The notes beneath the pieces were generated by a model. The model did no database searches and had not been told where the DNA came from. It worked only from the letters and a program-made list of their open reading frames with translations. A DNA stretch of 64,000 bases from Lingula anatina (Eukaryota > Animalia > Brachiopoda), in contig CM120640.1 in NCBI GenBank assembly GCA_051362555.1, positions 34,677,967 to 34,741,966 of the forward strand, written 5' to 3'. Of the stretch, positions 52,157-64,000 are shown piece after piece. Position 1 is the stretch's first letter, and each line of letters opens with the position of its first letter. Both the position numbers and the translations under genes were made by a program.

Positions 52157-55100
52157 TTAACACAGCTCCTATCAATAAGTTACACTGCTTATCTGTTCGG
52201 AATGGATTATTCATGATATATCCTGAGGACGGTTTGGTAAAGAAGATGCGGTATAACACACGAGAGGTACTTTTTGCCATATGTTTTTAATGAATATTCA
52301 TTTCGTATGAAAAGAAAGTATTTTATGCCTCTTGTTACTGTGATAGGGGTTCTGAAATATTGAGCCTCTACTGGTTACAATAGTAGATATTTAATGAAGT
52401 TTTGTATGACGTTTGTGCATTGAAGATTTGAAGACGGCAAGTTATGGGAATCGCCAGATGGGGAAGCTATTGGAATCTACCGGAAGTAAAAAAAATGCGT
52501 GCATATTTTTTATATGATTAAAGGCTGCTATACTACAAAATTGTCATGATATTTCTTTGTGAAAAAAAAACACAGTTTTGGTTTAAAAAGCACTTAGTGT
52601 ATCTCTAAACTAGACTAGGCTTTCTTGTTGTCCATAAGATTATTTAAATTACATCCAATATCCATCTATATACCTCTAGTCTATGTTGAAGAATTCTGCT
52701 AAGTGCCGAGTCTTTAATTATTTACTAACATTTATGTCTTCATGGAAACTATTATAACGTGGACATGTTGCAAAGACCAGCTTCCTACTGCTTGTTTTTT
52801 TTTCTTTTTAGTTTGTCTAAATAACCGTAGATGAAGTGTTTTGATGAGATAAAGCTATATGTCCGGCCTTTTTTTCTTCTTTTTTTGCTTCCTAAATGTG
52901 AAACGTTTACCAGGTGCATTGGCGATTTTCAATATAAAGTTTCTTACGTGAAATGAAATGTGAAATGTTGCACACTGAACCACCCTATCTCTCAAATTCA
53001 CATAAGGTTTTTGTAACCCATTATTATCATCCGTATACCGAAAATGAGTCTTTTCCAATTGCAGTTAAAATGTCAGTGAAAATGACCGTAATATTTAGCA
53101 TGCACTTTCACTCTATCCTGCCGAAATCACTAGTTAATGTACGCATGTTAACGTTTTTGCATAAGGAAACAAGAGTGTATCGAGGATGGGGTGATTCAAT
53201 GATGCAACTATCTTTGCGCTGATTTTAAACAATGAAAAAACCCTCGAAAATATAAATTTCGGCGTTTATATTTTTTTCGTTGCAATGTATAAGCATAGGC
53301 AACTCAAAGCTTTAATCGTCCATTTCACACCTTTCTATTTTAAGGTGAGAAAGCAATCGGTATGGGACGTAACTTCATCCTTGAACAAGATTTCATCACG
53401 AAAATTGGCAGAGTTGACCAGGAGAGTATAGGCTACAACTCCGTACCGTCATTTTGGTTTAATGTTATTGTCATGGAGTTATGAGCCCTTTATTACAGAT
53501 TTTCATTAAACAAAGCTATTATTTTGCTTTATCAACAGTAAAATCTGAACTAAAAATTTTAAGAAAAATCACTGGTAGGGTTTTGGAATACTAAATGGTG
53601 TAATTAAATCGGCGTTAAAACGGTGATCTTGGGTGCTCAGGTAAAAGAGAAATTTGAGAAACCAATTTTTTTACCCCAAAATAGCAATTATGACGTCACC
53701 CGTAAGATGACATATGTGTAAATGTTAATTAATTTAGTAACTGAACACTGAAGATTTATTTATTACCCAAAAGTACGTATGTAAACTAGTAAATAAGGAG
53801 TTATGGGCGAATGGTGACAATATCCTTAAAGTACTCACAATTACTCTTAAAAGCCCAATCTAACTAAAAGCTTACGAACAGCATCAAAACTGTAGATACT
53901 AAACAGCTTTATAGATGTTTGCGGTTGTTTACAATTAGATTATACGTTTTGAAATTGGTTCCTAATCAAATACTAATGACAATATTTCTAGAGCTGTCAT
54001 TTGTAAAATTGGCATTGGAAGCAAAAAGACAGTGATTGTCGTGTGATCAATATGCAGGCAGAAACGACGACGCTATTAGATATCTTTGATTTGTAGCGAT
54101 AACGAAATTAGAAACCGAATATTTTTGGAAACATTTGTGAAACATTATTATGAATAATGTTGCACAAAACAATGATATTATCTTTATAGAAATTGCATTT
54201 TGAGGATGAACAATAATTTCATTTTCTTGTGATGTATTTCAATGCTGCTTTTTTATGACGGCATACATAGGTGGATTTGTCCTCGCTTACATTCAATTGA
54301 TTGATAGATAGATTAATTAATTTTTCAAGAGTTACCCAGTGGATGAGAGGAGATACAATTATGCAATCAAGACCCTTTTACCGTAAAGAAAATCAGGTTA
54401 AAGTAAGTCAGGTAATGTTCTAGACAAAGTATTCTTAACATTCCCAGCTTACAAAATATTTGCTTTGCGATTACTAGAGTTCACACCGACCCTCTTCTCA
54501 ATTTATTCAAATTCTTGTTCACAGTCAAAATGGCTGAATTTCTTTGAACACAAAAATGTCACAGTTCAGATAAATGAGAAAATTTATTAGAAAAGATGCT
54601 GGTTTGCAAATTATATGTGGAAGATACACTTAAACATCTGTGCTTCCTCCACAAATTCTTCAGTAAGAAAAAAGATTGTTTATGATCATAATAACACTGG
54701 CAAGCACAACGACATATGCTTGTTCGGCTCTCCTTAAAAGACGCACTTGTAAATCATGGCTTTGAAATTTCTCCACTTAACTTTTGCCCAGCACCCACCG
54801 AAGTCACTGTCCTCAAATATAGATAATCTTACCAACTACACTAGCTTCTCGAAGATGATTTATGACTATTCGACTTTCCTTTTCATGCACTGCACTTATA
54901 AAACAAAGCTTTCGCTATTCGCATACTCAGTTTTTTCCTAGCATTTGCCAAAGTGTAAAGCTGCGACTATTGACTGATCAGCACATTGCGAGATTTTATT
55001 ACGTACCAATGGCCATCGATTATTTAATCTTAAGCAATCTAATCCAATCAACGTGGTTAATTTGAGTATGACTAGGACGTGAAAGAGATGGCAATATCTA

Positions 55101-56775
55101 TGACGGGAGAACTGCCTAACCCAGCACGCCATTTAATGCACGCTTCCCACCCAAAAATTAATTTAATCTTTCTCTGTTACAACTTCAACGCCCACTTTAG
55201 CGTGCCTGAACATCTTGGCAAAGGTGCGCCAACGTGCATATCCGTGCACGTGCGCTTACGATCGACAGTTACACATGGGCTCGTACGCGTTCAGTGCAGA
55301 TAAAGACGACAATTTACTAACATTGCTCCATCAAACCCGTACATGATATACCATAGATCAGTGTCTAGTGTGCTCCTTACTATTTCGCAGTAGGTATAAT
55401 AAGCACTGTGCAAAACCACAGCTGTTCGAAACTGGTCCTGATGTATTTACTGGGCAATTCAAATGATTTAAGTATATTGATTAAATGCCAACACATTGTC
55501 TTTTATTTAAGGACTCTTGTATAATAGGTGTGCAACCTTTAAAAATACCTGTATAGCATTGTGAAATTAGAAATAATGTTATTTGGAGAGCAATTTTGAT
55601 ATTAATAGATAATGGTTTCATGTCAAATTATAGAATTCCGTACACCTTAAAACATCTACATGTGCATAACGTAAACTCCTAATATTCAGGTGGATTAACA
55701 GACCATTTCGTACTAGGCCCAGATATAATAACCTAAATGGCGTTTTTGTCAGGTTTTTAAAAAATCTATCGACGTTGTTCACATTCAATGTATTTTTACC
55801 TTGATGTTAACCAGCTCGTGCGACATTGCGAAATAAATTCACCTCCGTCGGTTAAGTGTATTTTCATTTTGATTATATCATTGAAAGATGGTACTATAGC
55901 TTACCTCCACAACAAACCTTAGATTTTCAAGTATAGTGGAGGGGAGGTCGTTTTAGCAAGCGCTTGTTTCCCTAAAACGGGGTGGGGTGGGGGGGGGGGG
56001 GGTAGTAGTAGTGGTGGCGGAGTGGAGGTTGGATGGGACCGAATCCGACCATCGCTTCAACACTATTTAGTAGGATTACAAGCAAACTGTACCTTAACTA
56101 TTCAATTGCACTCAGCCAAAGGTAAAGCAATCGAATTTTTTGGTACAATCAATTTTGATTTGTTATTACAAACTGTATATAACTTTAAAACATCGAAAAA
56201 CAAGATCACCCATTGAGGGGGGGGGGGGGGGGAGAAATGTCAAATACCAGCTGTAGGGCAGAACGGAATGAAAAAATCAATGTAGAAAAACACGTTTCCA
56301 CACATGGTTTTGAATCAAAGGAGTCATGAAGTCGACGTTTTCGGGGTAGAAGTGTTGTGATTTCAATCCAAGGAAATTGGCTACCTTATCTTAAACGTCT
56401 TAACGTTTTGCGATAAAATTACATATACACAATCCCAGAAAAACACCTTGTTGATCATGATGAGGCAATTTGTCTCCGTTTAGGATAACGAACATCGACC
56501 AAAAGTGGGGTATCCATTCGAATGTCTTCAAATCGCATTACCTATTCAGCAGTGCTCATTCTAGAAATTGACACTCAAAAAGCTGATTTCACAGATTCGT
56601 TTGAATGGGAATAGAACACGGTATTAATCCTACTAACCCAGGTGTCAGATGATTTACAGACTGGTAGGGCTAATTCCCACTGACACCATCGGTCTACGTA
56701 GATCGATCCCACTCGATCGATCAGCTTAACAGATAAACACGCCTCCTCTTGGCGTAGATTAGAATACAGGATGTA

Positions 56776-56982
56776 TTCCCAGAGCTTTTAGATCGATCTA
56801 TCCCCGCGGGGGGTCTCACTAGATTACTGTCAGATAATCCTGGCTGAAATGTCCGTCCCGCCTACTACAAGCTGTAAGGGGGTAATAACTTTCGTGTCCG
56901 CTCGGCTGACAGCTATTTAGCGTGAACCCCCAGGGAGTTAGGTCGATCTAAAGCAGATCGATCTAATCTCTGGAAATGGGGT
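56776..56982. mobile_element. MITE-like non-autonomous element, copy 2
   Basis: Same orientation as, and highly similar to, 34103-34308. Shared blocks include gtctcactagattactgtcagataatcc and ggctgacagctatttagcgtgaacccccagggagttaggtcgatc. TIRs are TTCCCAGAGCTTTTAGATCGATCT ... AGATCGATCTAATCTCTGGAAA. Confidence 0.72.
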
Positions 56983-57288
56983 CACAGAAAAGCTGGTGTT
57001 TATACGAGAGCGTTGGAAACAAGGGGAGGCGTGTCATTCAGTCAAGCTAATTGCACCCAGCGAGAGACGCTGCAGAGCTGGATCCATTTACGTATAGGCT
57101 CTACCGATGGTGTCTATGGGAATGAAACCTTGGGTGACGTTTTCTCCACGGAGACACCGGCCAGTGACGAATGCAGCCGATGCGCATGCGCGATACGCAC
57201 GTTTTCAGGTAGCATCTGTCTTTCTTTTATACAAAGCAAAATGTCAAACAAAGTTCACTGTTACTAGTATATAAGAGAGCTTGCAGTG

Positions 57289-57660
57289 AATTGTCCTACA
57301 TGATTGGCATACATGCATAAAGTTGTTTTATGTCTTATTAAAAGACATAAATTGGTCAAAATGGCTGAAATCTGTTGTCATACACTAATAGTGCATTCAT
57401 ACTTCTCAACTCACTATCTAACCGACTATGATTAAAAAAAAAATACCACTTGGCTTTGTTATAAAATTTATATTTTGCGCAAAGCAGCAAATTGTCATAC
57501 AAGATAAACATGCATACATAACTTTTTACGTTAAAATTAAAAGATACAAAGAAATCTGTTGTCAAACACTAAAAGTACATTTACACTTTCCAACTCGTAA
57601 TCAAACCGACTTTTTCCAGAAAAAAATGCCACTGGGCTTTGTTGTAAAATGTATATTGTT
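57289..57660. repeat. Degenerate tandem duplication, unit about 185-200 bp
   Basis: gaaatctgttgtca(t/a)acactaa occurs at 57367 and 57551. Both units share aaccgact...aaaaaaat(a/g)ccact(t/g)ggctttgtt(a/g)taaaat. aattgtc.taca.gat occurs at 57289 and 57490. Confidence 0.8.
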
Positions 57661-60600
57661 TTTAAAGCTGAAACCATTGGCGTGACTGGAAATTCGACTA
57701 AGCGGATCATGAGGAGAGGGAGGAAGGGGCGCTAACCAATCACATGTGCCGTAACATGTTAACCTGCAAACCATTCCATGATACACTTGCATCATTGGTG
57801 GCATCTTTAGCCAATCAGGTAGTCTAGACTGTTTTACTATCTTATTCTTTTTTCTCCTTTTTTGACAGGTAAATACACCAGGAAAGTTATATAGCTGTGT
57901 TTTCAAATGTTGAAAAACAACACGAGAATCGGGCCAACAACAGTAAGTGGGTTATTCATGTAAAGTCTACAATGACACTTTCACAATACATAAGTTCGAC
58001 TACCACTATTTAGCTATTTGTTGACTGAATAGTTAAAATTGTCTTATCATGCATCATATGTTGACCAAGCTATGGTTTACCCCTGACTTTAAAGATTGCA
58101 AAGCTTTTTTTTCTTTTTGTAAAATTCTACGCTTAGTTGTTCGTGGGGTCGACACCACGATGTTCGCATTTTTTTCTGAAATTTTCTTCAGTTGAAGCAG
58201 TATTTTCACACTGAAAAAGTTGGGCATGTCGCCTGTCTGATGTAAAAAGTCAATAGTTGGGAATTTTTCAATATCCTCTAAAATGAGCTTTTTTGTACGC
58301 GCAGCCCACTTAGCATTAATAGTTGTCCCAACCAGACTTCTTGACTTCAACAGCAATGAAAAGAATCTGCGGGATGTTGGGTTAAAACTGCAGACGACTT
58401 GCAGCTAGGGATAGGCCAATGGGCTACACAGGTCAATGTCTTTTCCATGTTTACTCCACTCTGACATTTCAGAAATCTCCAGTGAGTGTATGGCTATATA
58501 TGTATATACACGTATCTTGAAAAGGCCTCTATTTGCGAAGACGGGTATATTGATTTTTTCTTGTGATATAGGGTCCGGTTCCCATTAATTTGCACAGGCA
58601 CCTGTAGGCCCCGTTCTAGACTGTGACTAACTTACGTCATGTTAACCTTTACCTGTATAAATCCAATAGAGGACGGGCACTTTGATACGTGCGGACCCCC
58701 AAGTACCTTAACATCGGCATTTTAGCCTGCATTGTCGCTGTAAAGCTATTCCAGGGCCTATGGCACATGTTGTATAGAGATACTTTTCCAGAGTTTATAG
58801 CAAACTTTGTAAAGAGATAATAGTCTAGTGCCTATAGCACGTGGTAAGATTATTTGGGTCCGATGTAACGTGACAAAGAGTCCTCCATGATAGAGACTCC
58901 GCTTGTTATTCATTTTTACAGGTACATGTAATCTAGCCCTAGATTTTGACCCACTTAGGTCAGGTTAACCCTAACCATTATAACTAAAATGTTGACAGAC
59001 TTTCTGTTACACAGATCTTTACTTTCGTTACACCGGTACATATAACTACGTATACCACGCGTTGTAAAAAAAAAAAAAAAAAGATTAAGTAGTTCTATGG
59101 ATCCTGTGGTATGCAGTTAAAAGATTCCAGTCCGAAGCCGATGGCAAGTTGTAAAGTTATTCCAGTCCAGGCCCTGTGGCCTCATACAGGTAAAGGGTTC
59201 CTGCTGGGGCTGTAAAGGAATTGCAGTACGGGGAAAATAGCAGACTTAAAAATGGGAGGACGATATGGGACCAATTGCAGGTATTGTAAACGGATGCGGG
59301 ACCTGTTTCATAAGCTATTTTGTTTTGTTATTTTGTTAATTCAACACTGGTTGTTCATACATAACATACTCTTCATTCTGTAAAAATAAATAAATAAATA
59401 AATAACGTGAGGTTATCATGCTGTAAAAATGAAACTCAATAATGCCAACTTGACGCCATCCCTTGGTTTGGTTAAGAATATGTTCAGTAAGAAGTCAACC
59501 CACTTTGAGTACACCCTGTCAAACCTCGCATATGCCTGAAACATATACAGACCCATGTGCTATTGGGCACGGACATAAGGGCGGATCCAAACCCAGTCGA
59601 ACGGACACATGATGTTTTAGAACAAAAGCCCACTATTTGTTACAGGGGACATTAGGAACATCAGCCAAAAGCCTGATCCAACCCCTCCCACCCACTTAGA
59701 GTCTACAGCTTGTCGAACGGGGTTGGGGTTTAATAGGAGGTTATGCGAAAACCTGACGCAACCTCACGTATCCTAACCTAATTATAACATGAACCGGGCA
59801 TGAGAAGTAAGTTTCCAGTTGAGATTTGCCGACTTAATTTTGCACGACCGCTACGAGACAGCCTGCTGAAATGAGACGTGCTGAAGTAAGTTACCTGTAG
59901 ATTGGACTGGAAACGCGCCCTCCGACGCAATTTGGTCATCTGCTATCAGTTGGATAAAACTATGCCAAGGAGGTTATGCTGAACACGATTTTCAAATTAA
60001 ATAAAGGGGTTGAAACTAGAATCCTACATCTAAACTGCTGTATAATATAAACATATAAATTATTTCTTTGCCATCTGCCTCCTAGAATGTCATGAATAAT
60101 TTTCATCATTTCCAGTTCAATGCCACAAGACACAGAAAAGAGATAAAATCACAATATATTACCCGAGCCTATGATGGTCACAATGATAGTCACTTATATT
60201 ATTTGGGCCTACATTTTTTCAGTTAGGTCCCACTTAATCTTCGTTTAAGGATACAGCAATCAAAAGCTGAAACACTTATTAATCAACCCCACTTTCGGGA
60301 AAAAAAAACTAACGTTTTTGAAATATGATTAGAAATGGCCTCGTCAGTCAGTGCGGCGATAAAATTTTCTATTGACCGGGTAGGTTTTATTAGACTTAGG
60401 ATATCCCCATGTGTGTTGCGTTATTGTAATTAGGGGGCTACTTGCACGACCGAGCCATACCTGTAACTGCAGATTGATTAAATACCCATTAATAAGTAAA
60501 CCTGTCGCAACGATGCTCATTAAGTACCCGCTAAAACACGGCCTGCTCCGCAATCGTTTTAATATGCTATGGCAATCGTTAATAGGTCTACCGTTCATAT

Positions 60601-61799
60601 CACATGGAATGGAAACAAATGCGACTACTCTAAGGAAAGCGTGTGGTCGCAGTCCGTGCCAGTATGTCCCACCCTCCATAAAATAAATGGTGATCTTAAA
60701 TCGTAAATGCACGCAATCTAGCAATACACAATTTGTAACAATTATGGTGGCAGTAACAAAGAAACCCAATTAATTGCTATGGTTCAAGTTTAAAAGGTCG
60801 GTTTTAAAAGCACAAAAAGTGAAAAATTTTGATTGTGCCCTGCCACATTTTGTCTTTGCATTTGTCTTTTATCCGTGACAAAACATGTTTTCTAATATAT
60901 TTATATATGAAAATGCTGTTTCCTACTATAAAAAAGTCGAATTTATGCTGCGGGTCATAATTTCATTGCAATATTGCCTTCGATTTTGGCTATAACTTAG
61001 CAGGGAAAGAGACAGGCCAAATTAAACGTTCATGAGAAGTGGCTGCGCCCTCCCCCCTCTCCAGGTGGAATCTTCTTTGTCAAAACACACAATTGCTTCC
61101 TAGACACATGTAGGCAAGTCTAGATTCATGATGGTCTACTGAGAAGAAATTTATTTGGAAGAGTTTCTCGATCTAAAAACCCTGCTTATTGATTTTTAAT
61201 CAAAGTATTACCATTAGACCTTAAACATTAGATAATGACAAATAGCCACATATAAAATACCCAAAGATACTGATACCTTATGAGCCTCTGATTGCGTCTA
61301 TTCATTCCAATTTGCATCACATTTACTTACAGTTATTATATTCCAGTGACGGCTGAAGAAGACTGACACACTGCTTTTCAATGATACATCTGCTGGTACA
61401 CTATTTAAAGTTGAAGTTCAAACGCATTTCTCCTTCACCCAATGGAAAATCAACGCACGCGCAACACGACCCAAATTTCATTAACAAATCATAACGTGAT
61501 CAAGCGTTCCTACAACTGGCTCTTGAAATTGGATAGGTATAGATAAGCAAAAGATATTGTTCGTGTGTGCGCGCGTGAGTGCGTCCGCGTGTGTGTGCCA
61601 GAGTGCAATGATGCATCTTGCATAGATACGCCATATGAAGCATGTTTGGCGGCCAAGCATTCCTTTTACGACAAACTTTATAAAGGGAGTAAACTTAGAG
61701 GCATAGATCAAGGGGGTCCGGATAAAAAAGGAGGGGGGGGGGGGGCTTGTGTTAGCAAACATGTCGATGACTTACTTTCTGTTTCCTATGTCTGGATCT

Positions 61800-62330
61800 T
61801 CAGAGAGGGGATACAGGATATTTCTATAAATTAGTGATGACTGATGCCATGATAATATAACTTGATTGTTGCATTCATCGCTTATAAAAGAGATTCGATG
61901 CAATAGCGTTTGGCAAACCGAGCCTTGTTTTAAGGAAGGACTGTGTGGGAGTAGGGGGAGGTTCTTGATGATACTATGAGACAGGCAGACAAAGGGTTGT
62001 TCATGAAACAATCAGACAGAAGGTAGATGGACATAACAGAGAGGAATCAACTGGTTCGATTGGTGAGTTTGATATGGAATTCCTATTCTGGCGATTAGGA
62101 GAACTGGACATGGGGAACTACACGTATCGCCTTCAATACCCTTTAACTGCAGTTGGGTTTTGTAAACTGCCATGGGTATATATTGTTGGGGTCAGATATG
62201 ACCTTCTTTCTATGCCATCTTGCACATGCAAGGTCCATATTCGTAAGATCTAGCAGCAAACAGTACTGGACTTGATGTGTTATGAGCAGAGTTGCATTAT
62301 TATGGCATATATTCGAAAGTTTTCTGGGCA
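61800..62330 (-). mobile_element. Probable decayed non-LTR retrotransposon (RNase H-bearing LINE) fragment
   Basis: Interrupted minus-strand translation LDLTNMDL..KKVISDPNNIY / EFHIKLTNRTS*FLSVMSIYL / IIKNL..SPSLKQ / LLHRI...NNQVILSWHQS. The order resembles the tether and RNase H segments of I/Nimb-type LINE ORF2. Stops and frameshifts are present. Recognised by eye only. Confidence 0.4.
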
Positions 62331-64000
62331 TTCAAGTACAAAGCAAGGGCGGCATCAAAAATGTGAATCCAGATGGTTGCTGAGATGAACGGTGTCTGAG
62401 ACATGAAGGAACCCGTGTCGGAAGAAGTGAAGAAATGGTCTCTTCTGGAACCCTGGATCCAATCTGTTTTTGTCAAGAACAATGCAAATGCACCACGGTA
62501 GAGTTGAGAATCGTTTTCCCGCCGTTCGTTAAGTGTGATAAATGACTCAGATATGCGTGCACTATTTACCTGTTATTCAATTACTATGATTTAAATTGAT
62601 CTTGATTTATAATGTAACCCATTGTCGGTACATCAATGTAATCTCAAGAGAGAATCCCCGCTAATTTAATGTAAATAAGAAGGCCACTAAATTTATTTTA
62701 TTAAATAAAAAATGTTCGTCATTGTATTACTACTTGGGCACTATTCGCTGTCATACAATGTACGTGTATAGTTACATGCACGTTTCGATTTGCATTGCAT
62801 TTTCAAAACAAAATAGACTTACATGTATTTCGGACGTAACGTAATTAAAAAATCAGCAAATCGCTTTTATTTTAAAGTAAAGTAAAGAAGTTAAGAATTG
62901 ATTTGTCTCTTTAGAAATAAGGGATAAATTTAGATAAACTCCACGACCTGTCACAATCCGACATGCGAGAGTGCCTTTTCTTCCAGTAATTTGAGATCTT
63001 TTTTTCTGTTTTAGAATTATCATTGCGTTAATGTGTTATAGACAATTTTGACATGGAAATGGCATTATCAGTTAAGAGGTTTCCGGTACTCGAAGTTGAA
63101 CGTCACTATTTGCTGAACAATTTAAATAACTGTCCGATTTCGAGGGAGACCCTTTAATTGTCCCGTTACGCATTAAAGCTAGCAGAAGACAGGAAATGGG
63201 ATCACAGAAACGTACCAAAGTGCTTATAGTAAATAGACAGCCACATAGCATAGATAATCCTTGTCTAGACTGACAAAAATCAAACGAAATTTGTCTTTTC
63301 GTGCAATCATCGCCTCGAAAGAGATTCATTTACTGAAGCGTGACGCTAAAAATAATGCATTATTTAGTGCAGAAATGCTCATATTTCGTGTTGTTATCGA
63401 AAAAATGAAATGACTGTCATGGAAGGGGTCACTCAGTGTATTCATCACTAAGGGTTTCGCATGTGTGTGTGCAAATATGTATGTGAGCGTGTCAGTCTGC
63501 GAGGGCTCGGGGGTGTGAAGATGTGCACAAGAATGTGTTTATGTTTCAATCCAAGTAATTTGACTCGTCTTTGGGAATATACTATGCAAGACCCTTTTTG
63601 GTCGTACGGCCCACTTATCCAAAACGCAGTACTTCAAGGTCAAGCTTGGACCAACATTACATTATGTACAATGGGCCCGAGGGTCTAAATGAGCATATTA
63701 TTCTTAATGTTTTACTGTGGTCATGGTATGGCTTCTTGTTTTCCATTAATTTTGTGAGTTATTGCGTTGTCTCTATGCCTTATCTGTGTTAATGATAACC
63801 GACCTAATGCACTCACAGCAATGTTTTTTCTTTAAAATTACAAATCATTATGCCGAGTTATGAAGTGTGTATAGACGGATAACATAATAGGAATTAGATG
63901 GTCAAAAACATTCTGGAAGATCAATTTGATCCTCACCTCCAACACCTTATAAGTGTCAACTCCGTGATGTTTGGTCCAAGACTAGTGATTTTTTTAATCA

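Noticed and set aside
39255-52280. ORFs with IYIYIY, YLSI or poly-Pro runs (39255, 39262, 39873, 51119, 52092)
   Set aside because: Translations of TA, AGAT and poly-G simple repeats.
53340-53900. Stretches with the feel of molluscan interspersed repeats (also about 10140-10320, 41500-41870, 49790-49990)
   Set aside because: No second copy, terminal repeat or coding remnant could be verified inside the window.
58054-58356. 100-aa minus-strand ORF as a gene or transposase remnant
   Set aside because: Non-ATG start, no recognisable domain, no convincing splice context.
49545-59900. Minus-strand donor-like sites near 49555 and 59894 as the receptor's non-coding upstream exons
   Set aside because: Splice motifs alone cannot define UTR exons, and no transcript evidence is available.
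1-64000. Prokaryotic-type systems (CRISPR arrays, operons, defence islands)
   Set aside because: The DNA is clearly eukaryotic with spliced genes. No regularly spaced repeat-spacer array or long intronless ORF is present.

Overview
AT-rich animal genomic DNA with spliceosomal GT-AG introns, probably lophotrochozoan and possibly a mollusc (inference from protein sequences). It holds two convergent multi-exon genes. (1) On the + strand, a transcription factor AP-2 (TFAP2) gene at about 578-20931. Its basic DNA-binding exon occurs as two tandem, intact 119-nt paralogous copies (15673-15791 and 16483-16601) that give an open frame only if spliced mutually exclusively. The intron between them carries crossed complementary elements that could form competing RNA pairings. 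(2) On the - strand, a 5-coding-exon orexin/allatotropin-type GPCR (47314->32422, 430 aa) with an intronic tRNA-Ser(GCT). The rest is intron or intergenic DNA with a two-copy MITE-like element, a probable decayed LINE RNase H fragment, microsatellites and small tandem duplications. All exon boundaries were derived by hand from splice motifs and reading-phase continuity. Family assignments and comparisons come from recalled motifs, not database searches.
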